Positions 9,823 to 18,724 of a DNA stretch of 64,000 nucleotides are shown here, in pieces. The number at the start of each line of letters is the position of its first letter. Positions within the stretch are counted from its first letter, which is position 1. Source of the DNA: an uncultured Gemmatimonadota bacterium (lineage in GTDB: Bacteria > JAAXHH01). The stretch covers positions 2,912,001 through 2,976,000 of the forward strand of contig OX638340.1 of NCBI GenBank assembly GCA_951812955.1, written 5' to 3'. The position numbers and the translations under genes are program-made. Under the pieces are notes generated by a model. The model was not told where the DNA came from and made no database searches. It saw only the letters and a program-made list of their open reading frames with translations.

Positions 9823-10914
9823 ATGTCCGAGCAGGTCCAGATTGCCCCGGCGCCGGAACCTGTCCCGCCGTCTCCCGCGCTGCCCGTACTGCAACCGGAC
9901 TCGGGCTATCTCGGGTACGACCGGGCGCTGTTGCGGCCCATGTCCCTCGGCACTAAGCTCCGAGCCTTGTTCAAGTACCTCTGGGTACGATTGAAGGGCG
10001 GACCGATGGCGGTGAACATGGAGGTGACCTATCTGTGCAACGCCACCTGCGATTTCTGTGATTACTGGAAGACGAAACGTTCAGGCAAGCTGGGCGATTA
10101 CGACTACATGGAGGCGCTCAGGAAGCTGAACCCCCTGACGGTCACGCTGACCGGCGGGGAACCCATGATCAACAAGCGACTGCCCGAGGCGGTCAGACGC
10201 ATCAAGGATGGCCTGGGATTCGTTTATATCGGCATGGTCACCCACGGATCTCTGCTGACCGTAGAAAAGGCCATGGCCCTGTGGGATGCCGGCGTGGACC
10301 ACATTTCGATCTCGTTGAACTATATCGGCCGCGAACATGACGAGGAACGGGGTATCGCGGGTTTGTACGAGCATATCTCCACGCTCGTTCCCCAGCTGAC
10401 GGCCCGAGGGGTCAACGTGATCTTCAACACGGTGATCATGCGTGAGAACCTGGACCACGTCGTACCCATCGCGCACCTGGCGCGTTCTATGGGCGCGAAG
10501 GTTTCCTACAGTTGCTACAGCGACTACAAGAATGGGAACGAAACCCACCTTGTGGATCCCGGTCACGAGGAGCAGTTGGAATCCGTGATCGAGGATCTGA
10601 TCTACCAGAAATCCCGATTGGGAAACATCGTCAATTCCGCCTGGTACTTGCGCCGGATCCCCGATTACTTCCAGGATGCGCTTCCAAGGTCCTGCACGGC
10701 AGCGGGCAAGTGGCTGGTGCAACTGACTCCCGACGGCAACGTAAAACCCTGTGCGGAACTGCCCGTAATGTCCGGGTATGCCGATTTCAAGCGGGTTTCA
10801 ACGAAGATCGACTGCAACCGGTGCTGGTACAGTTGCCGGGGTGAGACCGAATCTTCGTTGAAGCTTGTAAGGGTGCTGGAAGGCCTGGGCAGGGCCTGGC
10901 GCAGTAGCGCTTAA
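9823..10914 (+). CDS. Radical SAM enzyme with C-terminal Cys-rich (SPASM/twitch-like) region
   Basis: The CxxxCxxC cluster motif is CNATCDFCDYW, followed by the GGEP motif (LTGGEPMI). The C-terminal cysteines are C..(17)..PC and CNRCWYSC. Confidence 0.8.
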   Translation: MSEQVQIAPAPEPVPPSPALPVLQPDSGYLGYDRALLRPMSLGTKLRALFKYLWVRLKGGPMAVNMEVTYLCNATCDFCDYWKTKRSGKLGDYDYMEALRKLNPLTVTLTGGEPMINKRLPEAVRRIKDGLGFVYIGMVTHGSLLTVEKAMALWDAGVDHISISLNYIGREHDEERGIAGLYEHISTLVPQLTARGVNVIFNTVIMRENLDHVVPIAHLARSMGAKVSYSCYSDYKNGNETHLVDPGHEEQLESVIEDLIYQKSRLGNIVNSAWYLRRIPDYFQDALPRSCTAAGKWLVQLTPDGNVKPCAELPVMSGYADFKRVSTKIDCNRCWYSCRGETESSLKLVRVLEGLGRAWRSSA

Positions 10915-13900
10915 ACTACTACCGGCGCCAGTTCCCGGGCGAGGATCTTCCCGGTATGGGACAACAGGGACGCTGCGATATCCTCGGGCGTACCCGCGGC
11001 AACCACGTGACCGCCCCGGTCACCGCCTTCCGGACCTAGATCGACGATCCAGTCGGCCGTCTTGATGACGTCCAGGTTGTGTTCGATGACGAGCACGGTG
11101 TTCCCCTTGTCCACCAGCCTGTTGAGGACGTTCAGCAACTTGCGGATGTCGTCGAAGTGCAGCCCGGTGGTCGGCTCGTCCAGCAGGTAGACGGTCTTGC
11201 CGGTACCCGGCCGCGAGAGCTCCTTCGCCAGCTTGACGCGTTGCGCCTCGCCTCCCGAGAGCGTAATGGCCGACTGGCCGAGCTTGATGTAGTCGAGTCC
11301 CACGTCGTAAAGCGTCTGCAACATACGCCGGATGCGGGGCACGTTCTCGAAGTGCTCCAGGGCTTCGGCCACGGTCATCTCCAGCGTATCCGCGATCGTC
11401 TTACCCTTGTAGGTCACTTCCAGCGTCTCCTTCATGTAGCGCTTGCCGTCGCACACTTCGCAGGTCATCCACACGTCCGCCAGGAAATGCATCTCGATCT
11501 TGCGCACGCCGAGTCCCTGGCAGGCCTCGCACCGTCCAGCGGGCACGTTGAAGCTGAACCGTCGGGGTTCGTAGCCCCGCATCCGAGCCTCCACGGTCCG
11601 GGAGAAGAGCGACCGGATCGGCGCGAAGAGCCCGACGTAGGTGGATGGATCCGACCTGGGGGAATGGCCGATCGGGGTCTGGTCGATGTTTATGACCTTG
11701 TCCACGAACCGCAACCCCTTGATTTCATCGTGGGGTCCAGGGTTTACCTGGGCGCGGTGCAGGGTGGAGGCCAGCACAGGATGAAGGATGTCGTTGACGA
11801 GCGAGCTCTTTCCCGAACCGGACACCCCTGTGACGCAGATGAAAACGCCAAGGGGCAACGTCACGTCGATGTTCTTCAGGTTGTTCTGGCGCGCCCCGAG
11901 GATGCTAAGCCTGTTCCGGCCCGGCTTGCGGCGGTCCCGCGGCACTTCGATGCGAAGCCTGTTTCCCAGGTAACTGCCGGTGAGTGAAGTCTCGAGTTCC
12001 CTGAGGGCGGCGGGGGTGCCTTCGCCCACGATCCGGCCTCCGAACACCCCCGCTCCCGGTCCGAAATCCACCAGGTTGTCGGCATGCTCCAGCGTGTCGC
12101 GGTCGTGTTCGACCATGATCAGCGTATTGCCGAGATCGCGCAGGTTCTCCAGGGCATGGATCAGCCTGAGGTTGTCCCGCGGGTGAAGCCCGATCGTGGG
12201 TTCGTCCAGCACGTAGAGCACGCCGGTCAGCCCCGATCCGATCTGGCTGGCCAAACGGATTCGCTGTGCTTCGCCGCCCGATAGCGAGGGCGCCCGGCGG
12301 TCGAGGGTCAGGTATTCCAGCCCCACGTCGAGGAGGAAGCGCATGCGGTTTCTGATTTCCTTCATCACCTCGCCCACGACTTCCCGCTGCGGCGCCGAGA
12401 GTTTCAGGCCTTCGATGAAGTCCAGGGCACGGTCGGTGGACATGGCGCATAGCGCCGCAATGGACACGCCGTCGATCAGCACGGAAAGGCTTTCGGATCG
12501 GAGCCGTCCGCCTTCACATGCCGAGCAGGGCGTCGGCTGCAGGAGGCGGGCCAGTTCGGGAAAGCGGTTCGCGTAGCGGGCGACCAGTTCCACGGCCGGG
12601 AAGATGCCCCGGAACTGGAAGGACAGGCCGGGGACCCGTTGGTCCTCTATCCACCGGTCGCTGCCATAGAGCAACACCTGGAGCTGTTCTGCCGACAGCG
12701 CTTCAACGGGCGTCTCCAGGTTGAATCCCTGGGTGGACGCCACCAGTTCAAGCAGGTCGAGTATGGACCGTTCGCCCACCGTGCCTTCCTCCCAGATCGC
12801 AGCCGCGGCGTCCCTTATGGATTTCGAACGATCGGGAATCAACAGGTCGAGATCGATGCCGGGCTGGGTTCCGAGTCCCTCGCAATCGGGGCACATGCCC
12901 GCCCGGTGGTTGAATGAGAAGCTCTGGGGCGAGAGTTCGTCGTAACTGACTCCGCAGGCGGGACACGAATAGTACCGGCTGAAGCGGATATCGTGTGGAC
13001 CGGCGGAATCCGGTTCCTGCACCTCGGCGATCAGCAATCCCCCCGATAGGTCCAATGCCGTCTCCACCGAATCGGCCAGGCGCTGTCGGACGTCGCCCTG
13101 CATGACGATCCGGTCTACCACCACGCACAGTTCGTGGCGCCGCCGCCGGTCGATCTGAATGTCCTCTTCGAGCCGCCGCAACACGCCATCGATGCGTACC
13201 CGGATGAACCCGTTCCGGCGGGCCCTGTCCAGAAGGGCATCGTATCCCTCGGCGCCTTCGGGTTCCAGCGGCGCATGCAGCGTGGCGCGGGTCTGCTCCG
13301 GGAGGGTCATGATGCGGTCCACGATCTGGCTGGGCGTCTGCGCGCCGATGGGAACGCGGCAGGCGGGGCAGTGGGGCGCGCCGACCAGGGCGTAGAGTGC
13401 GCGCAGGTACTCGTAGATCTCCGTAATGGTGCCCACCGTGGAGCGTGGGTTCCGGCCCGGCGCCTTCTGTTCGATGGATATGGCCGGGGAAAGGCCGACG
13501 ATATGGTCCACCTTCGGCTTCTGCATCTGCTGGAGGAACTGGCGCGCGTAGGCTGAAAGGGATTCCACGTACCGTCTCTGGCCTTCCGCGTAGATCGTAT
13601 CGAGGGCCAGGGAAGTTTTCCCGGAGCCGGAAACGCCCGTGAACACGGTCATCCGGTCCCGGGGGACAGCCACGGTGAGGTCACGCAGGTTGTGCTCCCG
13701 CGCGCCGCGCACGGTGATCTCCCGTATGTGGCCGTCTCCTGCTGCGTCCTGCCTGACCGGTTTAGGAGCCACGGGGAGCGCCCGGGGCCGAAGCGCCTTC
13801 TCCAGGATCCGGCCCGTGGACGATCCGTCGACGCCCGCCACGGTCTCCGGCGTTCCCTCCGCGATGACGCGGCCGCCCGCGTCGCCGCCCTCCGGGCCCA

Positions 13901-16613
13901 GGTCGATGATCCAGTCGGCCGTCTTGATCACGTCGATGTTATGTTCGATGACAACGACGGTGTTGCCCTTGTCCACGAAGGCGTTCAGCACGGCGAGCAG
14001 ATGGGTGATGTCTTCGAAATGCAGGCCGGTCGTCGGTTCGTCCAGCACGTACATGGTCCGTCCCGTGCTTCGCTTGCACAGTTCACGGCCCAGCTTGATG
14101 CGCTGCGCCTCGCCCCCCGACAGCGTGGGCGCGGGCTGGCCCAGCTTGATATACCCCAGGCCTACGTCGTAGAGCGTCCTCAGCACCCGTGCGATGGACG
14201 GAACGTGCTCGAACAGTTCAAGCGCCTCCTGCACGTCCAGGTCGAGCACGTCGGCAATGGAGCGTCCCTTGTATTTCACCTCCAGGGTTTCCCGGTCGAA
14301 GCGCCTGCCTTCGCAAACGGGACAGGAGACCCACATATCCGCCAGGAAGTCCATCTCCACCCGCGTAGCCCCGTTGCCCTGGCAGGCTTCGCACCGGCCG
14401 CCCCGCACGTTGAAGCTGAACCGTCCCGGCCGGTAACCGCGCAACCTGGCTTCGGGGGTTTCGGCGAAGAGGGAGCGGATCGCGTCGAAGACCTTCGTGT
14501 AGGTTGCCGGATTCGATCTGGGCGTGCGGCCGATGGGGGCCTGGTCGATGTTGATCACCTTGTCCAGGTGCCCGACGCCCTTGAGGCCGTCATGTTCGCC
14601 CGGGTCCGTGCCGGCCTTGTTCAGCAGACGGGCCAGAGCCGCGTACAGGATGTCGTTGATCAGCGAGCTTTTACCGGAACCGGACACGCCCGTTACGCAC
14701 GTAAACCGTCCCACGGGCAGGCGCACGTCCAGGTTCTTGAGGTTGTTCTGACGGGCGCCCTGGATCATCAGCCACTTATCGGCCTCGCCGCGGCGCAAGG
14801 CCGGAATCGGGATCGTCTTCTTCCCGCACAGATACTGCCCGGTCAACGAAGCGGCGCTGGCTGCCACTATGCCGGGGCGGCCTTCGGCCACGATCTCGCC
14901 GCCGTTGACGCCGGCGCCCGGACCAAAATCCACGATGTGGTCGGAAGCCCACATGGTTTCTTCATCGTGCTCGACAATGATGACCGTATTGCCCTGGTCC
15001 CGCAACTGGCCCAGGGTATCCAAAAGCCGCCGGTTGTCCCTGGGATGCAGTCCGATACTCGGTTCGTCGAGCACGTACATCACGCCGACGAGCCCGCGGC
15101 CGATCTGGCTCGCGAGACGTATGCGCTGCGCCTCTCCGCCTGATAGCGTCGGCGCCGTGCGTTCCAGCGAAAGGTATTCGAGGCCCACGTTGAGGAGGAA
15201 GTCGAGCCGGGCGACTATTTCCTTGAGCGCTTCGTCGCCGATCTGGCGTTCGGCATCCGAAAGGGTCAGCTTCCGAAAGAAAGCGCGGATATCCAGTATC
15301 GGCAACCGGCACAGCGCGGCGATGGAGAGGCCGCCCAGGGTGACGGAAAGCGCTTCTGGCTTGAGGCGTTCTCCGCCGCAGCGATCGCATTGGCCTATGG
15401 CCATGTACCGTTCGATCTCGGTCTTGTGCCTGGGGGACTTGAGCGTATGGTACCGTTTTTCTAGGTCGGGAACGACCCCGTTGAACCGGTCCTTGTGCGA
15501 CCACTCGCCGCCCTTCCCGTTGTGGAAGGTGAAGGTGATTCGCTTGTATCCCAGGCCGTACAGCACCACCTTCCGCGCCTCTTCGTCCAACCGTTCCCAT
15601 GGCGTGTCCAGGCTGAAACCCACGTGTTGGGCTATCCCCTCGAAAAAGTGCCGTTTCCACTGGTTGGCGATGGTGCCGAGGGGTTCGATCGCCCCTTCGT
15701 TAATGGACTTCGCCGGATCGGGAATGATGAGCCTGGGTTCGATCCGCATCATGGTGCCCAGGCCGTGACAGTTCGGGCACATGCCCTGGGGGCTGTTGAA
15801 GGAGAACAGTTGCGGCGTGGGCTCCTCGTAACTCAGGTCACACGCGTTGCAGGCGTACCGCGTGCTGAAGAGCAGATCAGAAGTCCGGCCGTCCCCCTCC
15901 ATCTGGACCAACACGGAACCCTGGCTCAGGTGCAACGCGCCTTCCACCGCCTCGACCAGGCGGGTGCGGATGTCCTCCCGCACGACGAGCCTATCCGTCA
16001 CCACTTCGATCGTGTGCCGCATGTTTCGGTCCAGATCCGGATCCTCGGAGAGGTTGACGACGTCGCCGTTCACCCGGGCGCGCAGGTAGCCCTGCCGGCG
16101 CAGGTCCTCGAAGAGGTCCCGGTATTCGCCGCGGCGCCCCTGGATGACCGGCGCCAGTACGAGCAGCCGCGTTCCTTCGGGAAGCGCCAGGATCCGCGCG
16201 ACGATCTGTTCGAGGGTCTGCGCCCCTATCGACCCACCGCATTTCATGCAGTGAGGCGCCCCTACCCGGGCATACAGCACGCGCAGGAAGTCGTAGATCT
16301 CCGTGATCGTCCCGACGGTGGAACGGGGGTTCAGCCCGGCGGTTTTCTGTTCGATGGAGATGGCGGGCGCCAGTCCCGTGATCCGGTCGACGTCGGGTTT
16401 CTGCATCTGGCCGAGGAACTGTCTCGCGTAGGCCGATAGGGATTCGACGTAGCGCCGCTGGCCCTCCGCGTAAAGGGTATCGAAAGCCAGCGAAGACTTG
16501 CCGGATCCGGATACGCCGGTGAAGCAGATCAGTGCGTCTTTCGGCAGATCCAGGCTCACGTTCTTCAGGTTGTGAACGCGGGCCCCTTTGATTTGTATGG
16601 ATGTTGCGGCCAT
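10911..16613 (-). CDS. uvrA: Tandem-fused double UvrA (two complete excinuclease ABC subunit A units in one polypeptide)
   Basis: Four Walker A motifs (GVSGSGK[ST]S), four ABC signatures (LSGGEAQR) and four Walker B motifs (Y[VL]LDEP[ST]xGLH) are present. Zn-module cysteines occur in both halves. Each half is about 940 aa and collinear with canonical UvrA. The halves are joined by the linker RPRALPVAPKPVRQDAAGDGH (about 13728-13790). I chose the start at MAATSIQIKGARVHNL rather than the track start at 16667. Confidence 0.9.
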   Translation of the reverse strand: MAATSIQIKGARVHNLKNVSLDLPKDALICFTGVSGSGKSSLAFDTLYAEGQRRYVESLSAYARQFLGQMQKPDVDRITGLAPAISIEQKTAGLNPRSTVGTITEIYDFLRVLYARVGAPHCMKCGGSIGAQTLEQIVARILALPEGTRLLVLAPVIQGRRGEYRDLFEDLRRQGYLRARVNGDVVNLSEDPDLDRNMRHTIEVVTDRLVVREDIRTRLVEAVEGALHLSQGSVLVQMEGDGRTSDLLFSTRYACNACDLSYEEPTPQLFSFNSPQGMCPNCHGLGTMMRIEPRLIIPDPAKSINEGAIEPLGTIANQWKRHFFEGIAQHVGFSLDTPWERLDEEARKVVLYGLGYKRITFTFHNGKGGEWSHKDRFNGVVPDLEKRYHTLKSPRHKTEIERYMAIGQCDRCGGERLKPEALSVTLGGLSIAALCRLPILDIRAFFRKLTLSDAERQIGDEALKEIVARLDFLLNVGLEYLSLERTAPTLSGGEAQRIRLASQIGRGLVGVMYVLDEPSIGLHPRDNRRLLDTLGQLRDQGNTVIIVEHDEETMWASDHIVDFGPGAGVNGGEIVAEGRPGIVAASAASLTGQYLCGKKTIPIPALRRGEADKWLMIQGARQNNLKNLDVRLPVGRFTCVTGVSGSGKSSLINDILYAALARLLNKAGTDPGEHDGLKGVGHLDKVINIDQAPIGRTPRSNPATYTKVFDAIRSLFAETPEARLRGYRPGRFSFNVRGGRCEACQGNGATRVEMDFLADMWVSCPVCEGRRFDRETLEVKYKGRSIADVLDLDVQEALELFEHVPSIARVLRTLYDVGLGYIKLGQPAPTLSGGEAQRIKLGRELCKRSTGRTMYVLDEPTTGLHFEDITHLLAVLNAFVDKGNTVVVIEHNIDVIKTADWIIDLGPEGGDAGGRVIAEGTPETVAGVDGSSTGRILEKALRPRALPVAPKPVRQDAAGDGHIREITVRGAREHNLRDLTVAVPRDRMTVFTGVSGSGKTSLALDTIYAEGQRRYVESLSAYARQFLQQMQKPKVDHIVGLSPAISIEQKAPGRNPRSTVGTITEIYEYLRALYALVGAPHCPACRVPIGAQTPSQIVDRIMTLPEQTRATLHAPLEPEGAEGYDALLDRARRNGFIRVRIDGVLRRLEEDIQIDRRRRHELCVVVDRIVMQGDVRQRLADSVETALDLSGGLLIAEVQEPDSAGPHDIRFSRYYSCPACGVSYDELSPQSFSFNHRAGMCPDCEGLGTQPGIDLDLLIPDRSKSIRDAAAAIWEEGTVGERSILDLLELVASTQGFNLETPVEALSAEQLQVLLYGSDRWIEDQRVPGLSFQFRGIFPAVELVARYANRFPELARLLQPTPCSACEGGRLRSESLSVLIDGVSIAALCAMSTDRALDFIEGLKLSAPQREVVGEVMKEIRNRMRFLLDVGLEYLTLDRRAPSLSGGEAQRIRLASQIGSGLTGVLYVLDEPTIGLHPRDNLRLIHALENLRDLGNTLIMVEHDRDTLEHADNLVDFGPGAGVFGGRIVGEGTPAALRELETSLTGSYLGNRLRIEVPRDRRKPGRNRLSILGARQNNLKNIDVTLPLGVFICVTGVSGSGKSSLVNDILHPVLASTLHRAQVNPGPHDEIKGLRFVDKVINIDQTPIGHSPRSDPSTYVGLFAPIRSLFSRTVEARMRGYEPRRFSFNVPAGRCEACQGLGVRKIEMHFLADVWMTCEVCDGKRYMKETLEVTYKGKTIADTLEMTVAEALEHFENVPRIRRMLQTLYDVGLDYIKLGQSAITLSGGEAQRVKLAKELSRPGTGKTVYLLDEPTTGLHFDDIRKLLNVLNRLVDKGNTVLVIEHNLDVIKTADWIVDLGPEGGDRGGHVVAAGTPEDIAASLLSHTGKILARELAPVVV

Positions 16614-16844
16614 GGGAATCAAGCCGGATTCAGCGGGTCGTTGGATCAGGGCGAACGGCGGCGGCACAGCAAGCGAAAGATGCTATACGGGTGTTTAGAA
16701 ATCAAGGTATTTTCAAGGTGGACCGTGAATGGCGGAAAAGACGCTTGTTCTATGCCGTTACCGGAGTTAACGTGGTGTCGGCCGGTCCATCAGAATGCGG
16801 CGCGCCGGCCCGCCGCAGCCGATGTCGGAAACGGGACGATCATC

Positions 16845-17570
16845 ATGTCGAACGACTGGTATATCGAATACTTCGACGAAGACTACTACCATTTCGACCA
16901 CCACGAGGATACGGATCTCGAAGTGGACGGACTCGCGCGCCTGTTGGACCGCCGCGAGAGGAAAAGGATACTGGACATTGGCTGCGGCTACGGACGGGTC
17001 AGCACACCGTTGCGGAAACGCGGCTATCGGGTCGTGGGCTACGACCTGTCCCCCGCCCTGCTGAAACGGGCCCGTGAAGGGGATCCCGGGGGAATCTGGG
17101 TCAGGGGAGACATGCGTGAACTGCCCTTTGCCGGAGCATTCGACACGGCCATCAGCCTGTTTAATGCCTTCGGGTACTTCGAAGAAGAAGAAGAAAACTT
17201 CAGGGTCCTGAAGTCTGTTTCGGAGGCATTGCACCCCGGCGGGCTGTTCGTATGCCAACTCGTCAACCGGGACTACCTTGTCCGCCGGTTCGCCGCCCAG
17301 GAAGTCCACCGCCGGGGAGACCTGGTCATACTGGAAGAGCGCGATTTCGATGCGATCGCGAACAGGGTGCTAACCAGGACGACCGTGATCAGTGGCGCGG
17401 ACAGACGGGAGTACGCGTCTTCCATCCGTGTCTACACCGTGACCGAGCTGGACCTGCTCCTGGCCGCTGCCGGCATGACGATACGGGAAGTCCACGGCGG
17501 ACTCGATTTCAGACCCTACGACTGGGATACGAACCAGTTGGTCATCATCGCCGAAAGAACCGATCGGTAG
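16845..17570 (+). CDS. Class I SAM-dependent methyltransferase
   Basis: The motifs ILDIGCGYGRVSTPL and VVGYDLS and the block LHPGGLFV are present. I chose the start at MSNDWYIEYF. The upstream part of the track ORF (from 16572) overlaps the uvrA 5' end and looks non-coding. Confidence 0.75.
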   Translation: MSNDWYIEYFDEDYYHFDHHEDTDLEVDGLARLLDRRERKRILDIGCGYGRVSTPLRKRGYRVVGYDLSPALLKRAREGDPGGIWVRGDMRELPFAGAFDTAISLFNAFGYFEEEEENFRVLKSVSEALHPGGLFVCQLVNRDYLVRRFAAQEVHRRGDLVILEERDFDAIANRVLTRTTVISGADRREYASSIRVYTVTELDLLLAAAGMTIREVHGGLDFRPYDWDTNQLVIIAERTDR

Positions 17571-17680
17571 AGGATCCCGGGTGGCTCCGGTTTCCAATAA
17601 GCTTGACAAGACCCTGGTCCAATCTTAGGATTCAATGTCATTTCATTCTGTCTGAATACGGGAAAAACAAAGGATTCTAC

Positions 17681-18724
17681 ATGGCATCGGATCTGTTGCG
17701 CGTTGGCGTGATCGGATTGGGGTTCGGTCAATATCACATCCGTGGTTACCAGGCCTGTAACGGTGTGACGGTTGAGACGATCTGCAGCCGGACAACGGAA
17801 ACCGCGCAACGCGTGGCGAAGGACTACGGGATAGCCGAGACCCAGACGGATTACCGGGCGGTACTGGATCGCAAGGATATCGATGCCGTCAGTATCTGCA
17901 CGCCGGTGAACCTGCACAAGCAGATGGTCATCGAGGCCCTGGAATCCGGTAAACACGTCCTGTGCGAGAAACCGCTCGGGTTGAATACCGCGGAAGCCGG
18001 GGAAATGCTTGAAAGCGCGCGCCGGAGCGGCATGGTGCACATGACCAACTTCGGCTGGCGGTTCAATGGACCGGCCTTTCGCATGAAATCCCTGCTGGAC
18101 GAGGGTTACATCGGCAAGACCTACCATCTCAATGCCCGGTACATGATGGGTTACCGGGCAAGCCCCCGGAAGGAGCACAGCTGGCGTGAGCGGCGCATGG
18201 CGGCGGGACTCGGCGCCATGGGCGATCTCGGTGTACACCTGATCGATATGACACGGTGGTGGATCGGAGAATTCGAACGGGTATGTTCGCTGATGCACAC
18301 GCTCATCCCGGAACGTCCCGCGCCGGACTCATCCACCATGCGGGAGTCTGAACTGGAGGACGCCTGCGCTTTTATCTCACAGATGCAGGACGGGGTCCAG
18401 GCCGTTTTCCACGTGAGCCGTTGCGCCCTGAGCACGGACTACATCCACATAGATATCCACGGCAGCAATGGAGCCCTGCAGTTCCAGTTCCTGCGTGACA
18501 CCATGCAGGCCAGTCTGAAAGGCGGACAGGGCCTGCGAGGAAACATCCAGCCCCTGTCCGTGCCCGCCCGGAAGGGCGCGTTGTCTCCACAGCGACACTT
18601 TATCGACGCGATACGCTCCGGTGGGGAAGCCAATCCGAGTTTTCACGAAGGCTTCTGCGTGCAGCAGGTCGCTGACGCCATCACCGCTTCCGAGGAGAAA
18701 CAGGCATGGGTATCCCTCTTATGA
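17681..18724 (+). CDS. Gfo/Idh/MocA-family NAD(P)-dependent oxidoreductase
   Basis: The N-terminal Rossmann motif is LRVGVIGLGFGQYH and the EKP motif is VLCEKPL. The C-terminal alpha/beta domain is typical of the family. Confidence 0.85.
   Translation: MASDLLRVGVIGLGFGQYHIRGYQACNGVTVETICSRTTETAQRVAKDYGIAETQTDYRAVLDRKDIDAVSICTPVNLHKQMVIEALESGKHVLCEKPLGLNTAEAGEMLESARRSGMVHMTNFGWRFNGPAFRMKSLLDEGYIGKTYHLNARYMMGYRASPRKEHSWRERRMAAGLGAMGDLGVHLIDMTRWWIGEFERVCSLMHTLIPERPAPDSSTMRESELEDACAFISQMQDGVQAVFHVSRCALSTDYIHIDIHGSNGALQFQFLRDTMQASLKGGQGLRGNIQPLSVPARKGALSPQRHFIDAIRSGGEANPSFHEGFCVQQVADAITASEEKQAWVSLL

Noticed and set aside
9823-10914. The radical SAM protein as an anaerobic sulfatase-maturating enzyme for the neighbouring phosphatase-fold protein.
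   Set aside because: The neighbour lacks the C/S-x-P-x-R target motif and has a Thr nucleophile region. The classical anSME relationship is therefore not supported.
13692-15143. Long ORFs antisense to well-supported genes. Examples: 88-807(-), 5412-6359(-), 11079-11987(+), 13692-15143(+), 15495-16439(+), 17516-18298(-), 19896-20756(-), 22062-23345(+), 25612-26397(+), 28017-29147(+), 32364-33548(+), 38634-39500(-), 38645-39652(+), 42352-43542(-), 42944-44104(-), 44632-46119(-), 46536-47783(+), 49168-50850(-), 50871-51653(-), 51784-52722(-), 54596-55753(-), 55859-57529(-), 60602-61648(+), 62846-63433(-).
   Set aside because: These are typical GC-rich shadow ORFs. Their translations are Arg/Pro/Gly/Ala-rich with low complexity and contain no motif I recognise. 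Each fully overlaps a gene on the other strand or frame that has clear family signatures.
10911-16613. The double UvrA as a mis-assembled collapse of two identical uvrA copies.
   Set aside because: The two halves are clearly diverged from each other at both protein and DNA level, and are joined by a unique linker in a continuous frame. A simple repeat-collapse artefact is therefore unlikely. A missing stop codon can only be excluded with reads.
16572-16844. Long N-terminal extensions given by the ORF track. Examples: 16572 for the methyltransferase, 17252 for the Gfo gene, 19478 for DUF971, 7484 for the MlaC-like gene, 42908 for the SDR, 39997 for dtd, and 16667 for uvrA.
   Set aside because: The extensions are Arg/Pro-rich, overlap neighbouring genes or promoters, and precede internal Met codons. 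Those Met codons coincide with the start of the conserved domain and often have a good RBS.
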